Below the pieces are notes generated by a model. The model did no database searches, was not told the DNA's origin, and saw only the letters and a program-made list of their open reading frames with translations. The position numbers and the translations under genes were made by a program. 64,000 bases of DNA. Source: Sphaerodactylus townsendi. Lineage: Eukaryota. The stretch spans positions 56,048,001 through 56,112,000 of the forward strand of contig NC_059430.1 in assembly GCF_021028975.2 (NCBI RefSeq). Reading direction: 5' to 3'. Positions within the stretch are counted from its first letter, which is position 1. Each line of letters opens with the position of its first letter. Shown here piece after piece: positions 12,476 through 25,302 of this stretch.

Positions 12476-12616
12476 GGCCCCTTCCACACACACAAAATAA
12501 TGCATTTTCAAACCACTTTCACAACTGTTTGCAAGTGGATTTTGCCATTCCGCACAGCTTCAAAGAGCACTGAAAGCAGTTTGAAAGTGCATTATTCTGC
12601 ATGTGCAGAATGAGCC
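12476..12616. mobile_element. Short palindromic MITE, Harbinger-like
   Basis: Imperfect TIRs ggccccttccaca..aataatgca / tgcattatt..tgcagaatgagcc; AAA on both flanks. Confidence 0.6.
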
Positions 12617-14319
12617 AAAGAAAGGAAAGGAAAACTCTTCACCTCAATATATATCAACTCAAAGCATGCCACATTTATCACAGAAAAGTCTTGTATGACT
12701 CCACACCACATCCACAGATGGTTCAACAAAAGCTTTTTCCTTTCTGATTAAAACATGCATGTTTACTGTGGCCAAAACTTTAAAGACAATAAGCCAAACA
12801 TTTTAAATTACACCATCACTTTCTGCTTTGCTACAAATAACACACTGGCCTGGTATTGCAAATGTTTACAATGCTTGCTCAGTCCATTAGGCGGTGCTCA
12901 TTTCCAGGCTTTAATTATAAAATGACTTTCCATTAGAATCATAAGGAAAATAGGCATCTCTTATGTACATGTCTCAGCAGTTCTCAAGTTCAATTTTCAG
13001 GACAAAACGAAGTATCATATATTTCTACAGGAGCTTAGGGTGAAATTATTCAAATAATTCAGTTCAGATCCCATCAATACCATGTGTAAATTTGATATTT
13101 TTTGTCATTCTAACATTATGGTTCATGTAAAATTCTACTTGGCTCTTAATTTTAAAGAGCAAAAACTAATAACAGGACCAAAGTCTGGGAAGTGAAAGTT
13201 ACTTTGGCAGCTTTGGTGTTTCACAGCTGTTTAAAAACTCTGCCTTTAGTCCTAGCTTTTCTACACATTTTACAATGTATTTATTCACTGTAATTCATTC
13301 AAATAATTAACTGCATGACCAAAACATAAGCAATTACCTTAGAGAGATTTTATCATTCATTCTGTTTACTCACTAAGAATAATGTGTTTGTTTTTAAAAA
13401 TACTTGTACTCAGCATTTTCAACACACCAGTTATAAATGTAGCAGGCCCATTAGGGAGTTATAAATCATAATCTGAAATACAATAAAGAAGTAAAATCAA
13501 AAAGGAAAAGCCAATTATACTGTCAGAACATCTTTAAAAAATAATTGCCTTGTATTTATTTGTAACGGAAAACTATTTTGATCATGCTTTCAAATAAACC
13601 AAAAGAGGCCTCAGATCACGTATTACAGTTTGTAAATTTCATTCGTAATTTTCCCATCATTTTGGCAGTAAACTGAGTTTCTACTACTGTAATTCTTCTT
13701 CTGTCAAAAATTTAAATACAACTTATTTTTTTAACCAGGAAAAAAAGAATTTGCAAAATTCTGATTATCTTATGTACAAAAAGAGTGAAAATACAAGCCT
13801 ACCACACGACATGCGAAGAAAGAATTCTAATTTCCAAAATTTCTACATTTACTTTCTCTTCACCCAAGCTTGGAGTTAAGCAGGAAATAGATTGTTGTAA
13901 TTACACTCCAAAGTTCCAGTTTGTGATGATCACGATATTTTGTTTGTGATGACCACAATATTTTTTCCAATCAAATCTTCTGAATGGCCTAGTAGCTGGC
14001 AGTAAAAGGACTGGAAAAAATGCTACTGAGAGAACGCAGAGCTGGCAAATTGTTCAGTATCGTTATTTAAATTCTCATATTTCCCTTTTAATTTGTTTAA
14101 TTTGTTTTACTTTTACAATTGTTTTCATATTTGTGTTTTTGCTACTAAATTGAAATAAGCAATCAATACTATTCTTTGTTTTTTTCAAGAATGCATGAGT
14201 CTAGAACTACTATTTTCCTCCAATCAGTCATGCGATAAGCAGACATTTTCATTTGTTATAGATGGTTTCTATATACTGGTAATATGGAACAATAGTTTGT
14301 GCCAATTAAATCTACTTAC

Positions 14320-14423
14320 TGTGTAGCTTTGACGATATCCCATGTGCTATAGTCATCAATGTGACTTTTGCGTCCAAGCGTTTCACTGTATCCATGGTTA
14401 TAATGGGCTGGAGGCTTGATTTC
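14320..14423 (-). CDS. ZDHHC17: ZDHHC17 coding exon 2, EIKPPAHYNHGYSETLGRKSHIDDYSTWDIVKATQ
   Basis: 104-nt exon with ttttgtag acceptor and gtaagt donor; near-identical to recalled human EIKPQSHYNHGYGEPLGRKTHIDDYSTWDIVKATQ; phase fits exons 1 and 3. Confidence 0.97.
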
Positions 14424-14898
14424 CTACAAAACAAAAATAAATGGTATCAGGTAAAAATACCCAGATTAATTTTAAACCTTCTTTGAAAAAACAGCACTTG
14501 GGAAGCAGTTATTTTAAGCAGAACAAAATATTTGAGTATACCTATGCTTTTTCAGTGGAGAGTCTCAATTTTAGCCATCAATATTTAAATAGCTGTGGCA
14601 ATAACTTGAGGTAGGCAACAATGTATATATAGAAACAATCTGCAAATGTTGACAGAGAGAAAATAGGCGGTTATAGAACTGCAGAAAATGATATGCAAGA
14701 AACAGGAAATACTATTTTAAATATACTGGCTTCTGGCCTATCAGCTCCCTATTCGCACAAGGAGGTAGGTGAACTGCTTCACTTGATTTCCCTTCCTTAC
14801 TGCAGCCCCCTTTGCAACAGTACATCTAATTTATCAGAAGAATTTCCAGGGACCTGCATTGCTGGAGGAAAGTGATCTCCCTCCATTAGGGGAAAATT

Positions 14899-17139
14899 CA
14901 TTTTTTAAAAAAAATATTTTTATTGATATTTTGTAATTATTACAGATTTATATTGTATATCTTATATTTCATTCTCCATATCCTTTCCCCCCTTTTTCTC
15001 CCTCCCCCTCTTCTTCTCTTCTTTAGATGCGCAGCAGCAGGTCCATTCTTTTCAATCTTCTTGTCCATTTTTCTTCTGTAATTCCAATTTCGTTTAACCA
15101 GTCTTTGAATTCCATCCAGATCCACTTCATATCTTTTTGTTTTTCTTGCCATATTTGATTTCTTGACATTATGTCAAAAATTTCTAATTGTATTTGCTCC
15201 CATATATATTCCAACCATTTCTGCATTGTCCAGATTTTTTTGTCTTTCCACCCCAATGCTATTACTGCATAGGCCGCTCTGATCATGAGTTTGAAAAACT
15301 TTCTTTCTTTGTTCTATTATTATATAATCCAATATGCCTATAAATAATAAATCTATGTTTATCTTTATTTTTACCTTTACATATTTTTCAATATATATGA
15401 TAACATTTTCCCACAAATGTTTTACTTCTGGACATTCTAGCCACATATGGGTATATATTGCATTTTTATCCCCACAATGCCAACATTTCGGACTGAGTCC
15501 ACTTATCATATATGCCAACTGTTTTGGTGTTCTATACCATTTTAATATTAGTTTCTTTTCCAGTTCTGCATATTTCTCTATTTTTATCTTATTTATATTG
15601 TGTATAATTTGTTTAATAAGATCTATGTCTTTCACTCCATCTTGTTGCCATTTTTCCATTACTCCTCTTACCATAAATCCTTGATCTTCTATCATGTATT
15701 TATATATAACTCCTAACATTTTTCCTTTCCTTTCATCATATATTTTTATACAATTTTTCATTATACAATCTTCCTCCATCCTGGAGGCTTTTGTCTTTCC
15801 CCAGATTCCTCTTAGTATTAACCAGTTCTCTTTACCTCCTTTCTCTATAAAATGTGGAAACGGTATTAAATCTCCTCTTTCATTATACAAATGTGCTACT
15901 TTGTGTATTCCTTGTCTATGTAGAGTTCTTATTGCTTGGCTTCCTTCCTTTCCGACCATGCTCCCGAGTGGTGCCGTGTCCAGAATCCCTGGCATCCATT
16001 TCCCCTTCCATTTCTCCCAAATTTCCACTAACACTTTTCGAGGGCCTTTCTGTTTTTGAGCAACTTGAATATATTCCAAAGCTACCAATGTTCAAATTTA
16101 TCTCATTTTCAAAATTCATCCATCTGTCTCTTTTGTCTATTTGAATTCCCATCAAACTTTTTATTTGAAATGCCTCATAATATTCCTGTAATTTTGGGAG
16201 TCCCCAACCCATTAATTTGTCAGACATATAAACTATTCTATTCATCGCTCTTGGTTTCTTTTGATTAAATATCCATAATTTAATTTTCTTAGCCCATTCT
16301 TCAAAATGTTTCTTCTTAATCTCTAACGGTAAAGTACGAAATAGATAGAAGAGTTTTGGCATTATACACATTTTAATGCCACAATTCTCCTAGAAATAGA
16401 TAGATTCTTCCCTTGCCACTCCTTTAATTGCTTTGTTATTTTTTCCATATTACTTCGTAGTTGTATTTAAACATCTTCTCCTTCTTATTTGTTAATGTTA
16501 TACCTAAATATTTAATCTTCTTATTTATCATTTTCTTCCCTAATATTTTCTTTTCTATGTTTATTCCCAGGATTTCAGTTTTCTCCATATTAACCACCAA
16601 ACCAGAATGCTTTTGAAAATCATCTAATATTATTTTTAATTCTCTTAAAGTTTCTACAGAGTTAGTTGTTATTAGTAATAAATCATCTGCAAATAAATTT
16701 AATCTTATTTCTTCTTTATTAATTTTATAGCCTTTGATCCTACCATTATTTCTAATTCTATCTGCTAAGTATTCCATTGCTACTACAAATAATGATGGAG
16801 CGGACATCTTTGTTTCACACCTCTTTCTATATTTATTTCTTCTGACCATCCATTATTTATCCTGATCTTCGCTTTATTATTTTTATATAATTCTTTTAAT
16901 ACCGCTATTAAACCCTTTCCAAATCCTATCTGTTCCGTTATTTGGAATGGATATGTATGACTAACTGTATCAAAGGCTTTATAGACATCTAACTTTATTA
17001 TGGCATATTTTTTATCCTTTCCATGTTCCATCACATTCAGAACATTTCTTATTGGATAGCTAATATCTCTATCCTTCACAAACCCATATTTATCTTGTCC
17101 AATTATTTTTGGTAATATTTTATTTATTCTATTCGACAA
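14899..17139 (-). mobile_element. 5'-truncated L1-clade LINE (ORF2 RT to zinc knuckle, 3' UTR, A-rich tail)
   Basis: RT motifs (KLDVYKAFDTV, RGVKQRCPL, LFADD, KYLGI), CWHC..HMWLECP knuckle; 15-bp TSD cattagg(g/g)(g/a)aaaatt at 14884-14898 and 17140-17154 with one mismatch. Confidence 0.93.
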
Positions 17140-17800
17140 CATTAGGGAAAAATTAAAGATCCCTGACTATGATTATGATGAAAACAGTATATACATAAGA
17201 ATCAGACACTGAACTCCTTAAAAGAAGAGGCAAAAAGACTCTCTGACCCCTCTCTTCAGCCAAAGCAGCAGCAACCATAGAATAGTTCCACTACCTTCAT
17301 CAAGGCAAGATCAGTCTGGGATCAACCAGGTAGGAGGAGGGGAAAAGGGTCCATTGAATACTTACTGTGAAGGGTCTTTCTACTGTAGGTAAGGGGGACA
17401 TCTCAGATGGGTGTCTTCTCCACCAATAGCAAGGAGGCAGGAAATCGTCATCAAATTAGCCGTGTCACTTCCTGTCTTCCAAGGCCATATTTGTTCAGTA
17501 TCCTTATGACCTAGCAGTCCGTGTAACCATTTCGAAGTGACCTGACTATGACATTACTAAACAATCCAAAAAGTTGACTGGATAAATGAAATAAGTATCA
17601 GAGGCTCCCCCGTGTGCTAATCAACAATCAAACTATGTACAAGGCATCGGGGTTTAATAAGGACCAGAGGGGGTCGAGATGTCCCCCTTACCTACAGTAG
17701 AAAGATCCTTCACAGTAAGTATTCAATGGACCCTTCTACTGTAGGTGGGGGACATCTCAGATGGGACCTCCCCAAGCAGTCCCCTATTAGGGTGGGTCCA

Positions 17801-18760
17801 TTAATCCCCGATGATATGTTCTAGCACTCTGTGGCCAAAGGCCATCTCAGTTGCTGCCAGAGAATTCATTTTATAATGTCTGATAAAGGATGAGCTGGAT
17901 GACCATGTGGCCGTCTTGCAGATCTGCTCCACTGATGCTCTATTGCGGAAGGCCGCATTGGTTGTCGCGCTGCGTATGGAGTGCGCAGTCACGCCCAGAG
18001 GTATTGGTAACGAGGCCGATTTAAATGCTTTGATGATTGTAGCTTTCAGAGTCGTGCTAAAGGCCTCTGTTGACATTGGAGCGCCCACATTGGGGGGGCT
18101 AACATTAATGGATAGAGTTTCCGTTTTGCGGATATATTCTGTCCTGATTATGAAGGCTTTTAGCGCTCTCTGGACGTCCAGAGTATGCCAGGCCCGCTCT
18201 TGGGGTGAGAGGGATTAGGCATGAATTTTGGCACTATAATTTCTTGTTGAAGATGGAATTTGGAATATACTTTAGGGATGAATGACGGGTCCAAGAGTAA
18301 TCCGACTCTGTCTTTAAAGACTGTGGATAACTTGGCATTGACTGATAACGCTTTTAATACCGAGACCCTGCGTGCCGATGTGATAGCAAGTGGGAATAGA
18401 GTTTTCATGTGCACCCATCGCAATGGGATGGTTTGGATCGGTTCAAATGGTGATTTGGTTAGTGATGTTAATACGCCGTGCAGCCGCCATGTGGGGAACC
18501 GGTGTATTACTGGCGGTTGGGAGAGTTTACTCCTCTCAAAGAATTTGTCTTTTTAAGGTGGACATCGAAGTCCCCTATCAAAACCCTTTTGGAGAAAATC
18601 TAGGATGTTACCTATAGAGGGAGCTTCCGGGCCCATTCCTCGTGCTTGACATCATCTAACTAATGTCTTCCAGGATGCATTATAGATGTTGACCGTGGAG
18701 CATCTTTGTGCTGCCATAATGGTCCTCGTAATACTCATTGAGTAGCCTCTTTGTCTCAGT
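17801..18760 (-). pseudogene. DIRS copy B tyrosine recombinase ORF, frameshifted
   Basis: Fragments 17801-18088 and 18160-18423 contain ITSARRVS (catalytic R) and HSIR..W..HY catalytic motifs. Confidence 0.85.
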
Positions 18761-20565
18761 TTTCTCCGTTCCCACTCCACGCGGTCAACCTGAGCCATCC
18801 TGGGTCTGGATGGGCTAAGGGGCCCTGTGTTAATATGTCTGGAACTATCGGCAGAGTCATGGGTTGACGGGTGGACATTTCTAGTACCATGGAGTACCAC
18901 GGACTTCGGGGCCATTGTGGCGCGATAAGAATGACCTGAGCTTTCTCCAGTCCGATTTTTTGCAAGAGGCGCGGAATCAAGGGGATTGGAGGGAAGGCGT
19001 AAAGCAGTTGGCGGGGCCAAGGCGCTGTGATGGCAACCCCCTGTGTTACTTTGCGAATTTTGGGTAGCTGAGTGTTGTCCACTGAGGCGAACAGATCCCT
19101 TTTGGGCTGGCTGAATTGTAGGCAGATGTCCTGGAAAATCATTGGATTGAGTCTCCATTCACCTAGTTGTATTTGCTGTCTGCTCAACCAGTCTGCCTTG
19201 TCGTTGTTTATTCCCCGAATGTACTGGGCTTGGGACGACAATAGGTGTATTTTCGACCAGTTGAGAACTTTTAGGGCTTCTTTGTGTAATCTTGGGGATC
19301 TTGAACCCCCCCTGATTGTTTATATACATCTTGGTTGAGATGTTGTCTGTCCTGATTATCAGGTGTAGATGTTTGACTTCTGTGTGGAAGTGTTGTGAGG
19401 CCAGGAACACTGCCCGCGTTTCCAGCACATTGATGGGAAGCAAGGTTCCCTTTTTTTTTTTTGTCCAGGTGCCTTGGACGAATTTTTGCTTTAACGTCGC
19501 CCCCCACCCTGAGAGACTTGAGTCTGTGAAGATCTGAGGTCTGTTGTCGTGGGGGTAGCATTTTCCCTTCTTTAGGTTGTTTATGTTAGTCCACCATTTG
19601 AGGCTTTCTCTGACCTGCGGGGTTAGGTAAAGTTTTTTGTCTTTTTTCAGAATGATATCTAGCTGGAACGGTCTTAAGAACAGCTGTAGTGGTCTGGCAT
19701 GTAGCCGTGCCCATTGGTTGAGGTCTATGACTGAGATGAGCAGGCCTAGTAGGCTCGCAATTTTTACCAGTGGAATGGATAGGGCATTTTATGTGGTATC
19801 TATAATCGCTCCTAGATGTTCTAGTCTCTGAGTTGGGGCGAGGGAGCTTTTCTCCCAATGTGTTAAGAGCCCGTAGTCTTGAAGTACTTGTTGTACTCTG
19901 ACAACGTCTTGGAGATCCTTGGTTCTGTCCTGAGACCTGATTAGCAGGTCATCTAAGTAAGGATGTATCTGGGTCCCTTCCTCCCTGAGTTGGATAATGG
20001 GGCCCAGGAGTACCTTTGAGATTGTTCTGGGGGCCGTGGCTAGTCCTGCACTGGTAGTGGGCATTCCCTACTGTGAACCTGAGGAATTTTTTGTGTGCCG
20101 GATTGATGGGGATGTGCAAGTAGGCTTCCTTCAGGTCCAACGAAGTGAGGAACTCCCTGTGTCTCGGGGCTATCGTGATGGACTGGAGGGAGTCCATTTT
20201 GAATTTTGGTAGCCGGATAAACTTGTTGACAAACCGGAGGTTTAACACTGCTCTGGATTCCCCATTTCGCTTTGGGACAGTAAAAGAAAAAAGTGAGAAT
20301 AGGTCCCTAAGGATTTCTCCTGGGGAGGAACCGGCTCTACCGCCTGGATCTCCAGAAGATGTGAAACTGCTTCTAATGAGTTTTTGGCTTTTAAAGGGTT
20401 TGAGGATAGCGGTGAGGGAACAAACAGTGGGACGGGAATTCTGAAGAATTCTATTACGTAACCCGACTCTATCAACTCTGTTGTCCACTGAACTATGTGG
20501 ACTCCTTGCCAGGCTGCTGAAAATTTTGGCAAGGTTTCCCCCCACCGGGAGTTGCCGGTAGTCAT
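18756..20565 (-). pseudogene. DIRS copy B RT / RNase H / methyltransferase-like ORF, frameshifted
   Basis: Motifs spread over ORFs 20242-20565, 19949-21043 (3' part), 19789-20064, 19159-19443 and 18756-19241. Confidence 0.88.
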
Positions 20566-23500
20566 TGTTTATTTTTGTCTGGCTTAGGGCCCTTCCCTTG
20601 TTTTTGAAAGGTGCGGAATGAGTTTTTTTGTCATGAAAGGAAGACTGGTTCTGCCATGACTTGCAGCTGTTATCCCTAGTAAATCTGGGGAGCGTATTGT
20701 GTGTTCTGAATGTGCTGCGTGAGCCCACCTTGCTGGTTGACGTACGATCTTGCCTAACCGATTTTGGCATTGCTTTCTTCTGATCTCTGGTTTGGATGAG
20801 TACCTGTTCTAAATCTTTGCCGGAGACTTGGTCTCCATAATAAGAATAGGCTGCTGCTGCATTCTTGGCTTGGGTATCTGCCTGCCATGGGCGGAGCCAG
20901 GTGTTGCGCCTAGCTAGCATATTGGACGCCATGGTTCTAGCTGTCATGGCAATTGCATCAAGTGTGGCGTCCGCAATGAAGGCGTTAGCAATGAGCACCC
21001 GCTTAATGCCTTCTCTAATAGCAGTGTTCTCTGCTGGGATCATGTACTAAATTCTCTTAGTCCAGGCTATAGTGGCTCTGGCCACTGTAGATGCTGGGGA
21101 AAGTGCCTTAATCGCTGCGGCCAGCCAATCGTGGGACCTGTGAAGAGCCGCCTCAGATCTCCTGTCTAGCGGGTCTTTAATATTACTTTCCCCTTCTTTT
21201 GCTACCAATGCTCCAGAGTGCAGAACTGCAATAGGGGCTTCCACTGCTGGGACTTTCAACATAGTATGGAATCGCTGTGGCAAAAGGTAAACTTTTTGTA
21301 AGCTGTGGGAAGTCCCTTCCTACCCGTGTGCCATTCGCGTTGAATGCGCTTGACAAAGTATTTTGGAACTGGAAAAACAGTTTTGGTGTTCCAGCATCTT
21401 GGGGAAAATAATCTGACTTGCCCTCGGGAAAACCTTAGATGGGTTTGGCAGGATTGGTAATGTCCTCCTGTTAGAAGAACCGTGGGGATAATTCTGGCTT
21501 TTCAACGGTCGGTTCTTCAGTGTCTGAGAACCTGGCCCTCATCCCCTTCCCCCTCTATCTCCTCTTTCTCGTCCTCTTGTAAGGCAAGGGGGTTTCTATA
21601 GTGAGCCGCAACCGCGGTTCCCGCAGAGCAGGTTATGGCTCTGGTAGGGAAGGAGGAGGTTTTATTTAAAGCAGCTCGTTGCTCTCTATCGTCCAGCGCT
21701 TTGTCAGTTTGTTCTCTGAGCATTTGCGTGAATGCAGAGGGGGGGGGGGCCGTTGCCAGAATGAAATGTCGTCGTTAGCGACCACCTGAGATTGCGCAAG
21801 CGCATCCGGCTGCTCCGGATCGCTCTCCTCCCCACTGTTTGCCCGGGGCCCCGGTACCTGTTGTTGAAGAGTCACCGCGCCCTCAGCCGCCTCCGCGGGG
21901 GGGTGGGGTGTTCGGTGGGTTGACACAGCACTCCAGATCCCAAACGGGGTAGGAGGAACTGGTCTGGGAGCCGCCGTGAATGGCCGCGCCCTGGGAAGGC
22001 GTCAAGCTCCCCGGCAGCTTCTTCTTTGCTTTTTTGGGCGGCGGAGGGCCCTCCGCGCGTCCTGCTGCCTTTTCGGTTTTCTTTGGGGCTGTGCGTCCCT
22101 CAGGTCCAGTGAGGGCCCGGCCGTGTGGGGAAGGGCGCGGGCGGGGCGGCGCCGGGCGGGGGGGCCCTGTCCGGGCGCGCCGGCAGACGGGCCTCGGCCT
22201 CCCCGCGCGGGGAGGGGGCCGTCCGCGGAGTGGCGTGTTTGCGCCCTCCCTTGGCCGCGCGGGTTCCTTCAGCCGTCGATCTGGCGAAGTCCTGGCGCGG
22301 AGGAGTGAAAGAGCCCGACGCCATCTTGGTTTGGCGGGTGCATCAAAAAGGCGGGAAAACGAACGTTCCGCTTTTAACGCTCTCCGCGGTTCGCTGTGCT
22401 TGCCTGTCCAGGCTTTGGTGAAGGCTGTTGTTATTTCCTTCCTTTAGAATGTATTGCTGCGTCAAACACACCGCATACACACACACACACGTTATCTACC
22501 AAGGAGCCTCTCCTAAACACTAGCACTCCCTGCTAGGCAGGAAAAAATACTGAACAAATATGGTCTTGGAAGACAGGAAGTGACACGGCTAATTTGATGA
22601 CGATTTCCTGCCTCCTTGCTATTGGTGGAGAAGACACCCATCTGAGATGTCCCCCACCTACAGTAGAATGGGATGTTTGTTCCCTGTGAGTTCTTGTAGT
22701 TTCAACATTTTTTAAAAAATAAGACATTTTGTTAGAGTTAATCTCCTTAGCTTTCTCCTTCACTTCCTTCCCACGTCTATTTCAGAGTTCAAGTCTAAGG
22801 ATTTTGGAAAAATCAAGATGTAAATCCAGCCAACCAATAAATTAACTAATACCTCACATCATGTTATGTCAGGCCCATGTCCAACTTTTTTTGTAATATA
22901 GAACAAGTTTTCAACAGAATAGGAAATCAAAATCAACTTCAATAAGAAAGGTCAATATTCAAAAGTACTTTAAGAATTTATTAACCATCCTTAATGAAAG
23001 TTTTACAGGCATTAGAACTAGGACAATTCATACAAGAAGACTCAACAACCACAGCTTTTGTCATGCATGTGCTAGTAAAAGCTCAGGTTGCACTGCTGCT
23101 GAGTACCTGCTAGTAACGTCAGTGACTGGAGAATCAAACATTTACCAAGGGAAAAAAAACCCTCTAATCTTAAAACACGCCATGGACCTTAGATTTGCTA
23201 AATCTATGTAAAGCCTACATGTGAGATGTTTAACTGATCTCTGTAATTGGGAGATCTGTTATGGTTCCAGAATATTTCCAGGCCCCACCTGAAGGCTGAC
23301 AACTCTAGAAGGAGATAAGGAAGTAGGAATGGAGGGGAAGCTATGGGGGCTTTCAAGAAAGAAAAGGATGAAATAGTGGGGAAGTGGGGAATGAGATGCC
23401 TTCTGCAAATCCTTGTGGGTTCCCACTAATTGTATGTTGGTATTAATTCACATCTATTGGGTTGGTTCTTATAGTGTTTTGCTTTAACAGCCAGCTCGAG

Positions 23501-23666
23501 AGCCTATTTAGCCATAGTAAAATTTAATAAAAAGCTTACTTCAAAAAGTTTATGTTGCTGGTATCCTATTACTGCAAAAAAGTACAAGTTACAATATTAC
23601 TACTACTCTTTTTAATGTTCTTTAAATGGTTACTGTTTTAAGGGTGCTATTGTGATTTTATTATTA

Positions 23667-23837
23667 CTGTATATACTGGCGTATAAGACTACTTTTGAAC
23701 CCTGGGAAATCATCTGTAAAGTGTGGGGTCGTCTTATACGCCGGGTACTCTTATATGGCGAGTATATCCCAAACTCTATATTTTAACTGGAAAAGTGGGG
23801 GGTCGTCTTATACGCCCAGTCGTCTTATACGCCGGTA
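23667..23837. mobile_element. Tc1/mariner (pogo/Tc2-type) MITE remnant
   Basis: TA|ctgtatatactggcgtataagac terminus and repeated inverse gtcgtcttatacgcc motifs. Confidence 0.65.
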
Positions 23838-25167
23838 TTTTCATCATCTTGACCACTTTTTGAAAGAAAATATATAACTACATATTTTTTTAAAAAAGAA
23901 AATTGATTATCTGCACATTATAGAAATACTTCAAGGCTATCACTAAGGGAAGAAAATAAGCTGGATCCTCAGGTTTTCTCTAGTAAAAAAGATTCAAAAG
24001 GAATCTTAACAAATTGACATTTGTGGTGGAATGGTGGAGGACCCAAAAAGTCCAGCACAAAGCAAGTTATTATCTTCTCATCCATCTCTCTACTCCATTC
24101 TGTTCCTGGTATAATGAAAATGCTGAAGCCAATGCAGTGTGTGGCAATAGAACATTATTTCCCCTGGCCTAAATATGTCAATACAGCTTCTTTATGAGGA
24201 TTAGTCTGAAACTGATGTATTTTTACTCCAAAGTCTTGCTATGTCTTGTAATTTAAACTATTTATTCACAATTGTGACACATTAGAAGCCCATTATAGTT
24301 CTCATGATTTTGATATTAGGTGCAGAATATTACCCATGTAATTTTCATGGAATAAAATACACTGGCTCTGTAATGGTCAGATGCTGATAATATAATATAT
24401 GCTCACATACTTGACAGTAAAAATTTGTTTGGACTAGACACTAGAGTATCTTCATGGCTGTCCTTTTTCAAATTAATGGGAATTCACCAAGGGCAAAGCT
24501 ACAGAAAATGGTGCCTGGGGCAAGCACTAATATTGCATCCCCATCCCTCTACGCCCGCTGTCCTAGTCCAACACCTCTGCCCCAGTGTGGCCTCCATAGT
24601 GCGGTTGCAAAGCCGGGTTTGTATGTGTAATTTTGTTAATTGAGGACCTGGAGGTACACTTTTGCTGTACCTAGACCAGTCCTCTGAGCGGCTGCTATTC
24701 TAATATATACTTTGCAAAGCTATGAAGATTGCTTGTTTAAAACCAAAAAAGAAAAACTACACGTGCACTGGATGGCCAGGAAAATCAAACATTATTAATC
24801 AAATTTTAAGAGTCAAATGGCCATCAGATGAGCTGCACACAGAAGAAACTCCTGGGAACAGCCTTAAAATGGTTGTGGTAGTATGGAGACTCCTGAACCT
24901 GGCAGAAAATGATGGACATTACCACAGAACAAGGCAAGTATTGCCAACAGTCGTTCAAGGCAATATAAATACTATTTTATCAAAGGTCCATGTTTAATAC
25001 TGCACAGAATGATGGTTTTTATGAAAGCTGCGTAAAAAAAATTGTTAATGGTAATGTTGCTGACGCTGTTTTTATATGTCTAATCGCTGTATTTATTTTA
25101 AATGGATTTGATTGTATGTTTTAAACTGTTGTTCACCGCCCAGAGCCCTTCGGGGGTAGGGCGGTAT

Positions 25168-25302
25168 NNNNNNNNNNNNNNNNNNNNNNNNNNNNNNNNN
25201 NNNNNNNNNNNNNNNNNNNNNNNNNNNNNNNNNNNNNNNNNNNNNNNNNNNNNNNNNNNNNNNNNNNNNNNNNNNNNNNNNNNNNNNNNNNNNNNNNNNN
25301 NN
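25168..25302. other. Assembly gap (N run)
   Basis: Run of N. Confidence 1.

Larger units (their letters stand above)
17345..22668 (-). mobile_element. DIRS1-like tyrosine-recombinase retrotransposon, copy B (different subfamily, full length, frameshifted)
   Basis: ITRs about 17378-17500 and 22548-22668, ICR 17676-17765; gag about 20565-22324; RT (LDLKEAYLHIPI, YLDDLL), RNase H (INVLETRAV, TDN), MT-like (DLFAS, YAFPP), YR (HSIRS..ICKTATWSS..FIRHY). Confidence 0.96.

Noticed and set aside
18756-19241. Methyltransferase plus recombinase as a horizontally acquired prokaryotic or phage system
   Set aside because: Both are standard components of DIRS1-group retrotransposons and lie within the ITR-bounded element.
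21976-22447. GC-rich stretch as a host CpG-island promoter or gene
   Set aside because: It lies inside DIRS copy B, at the 5' part of gag on the minus strand.
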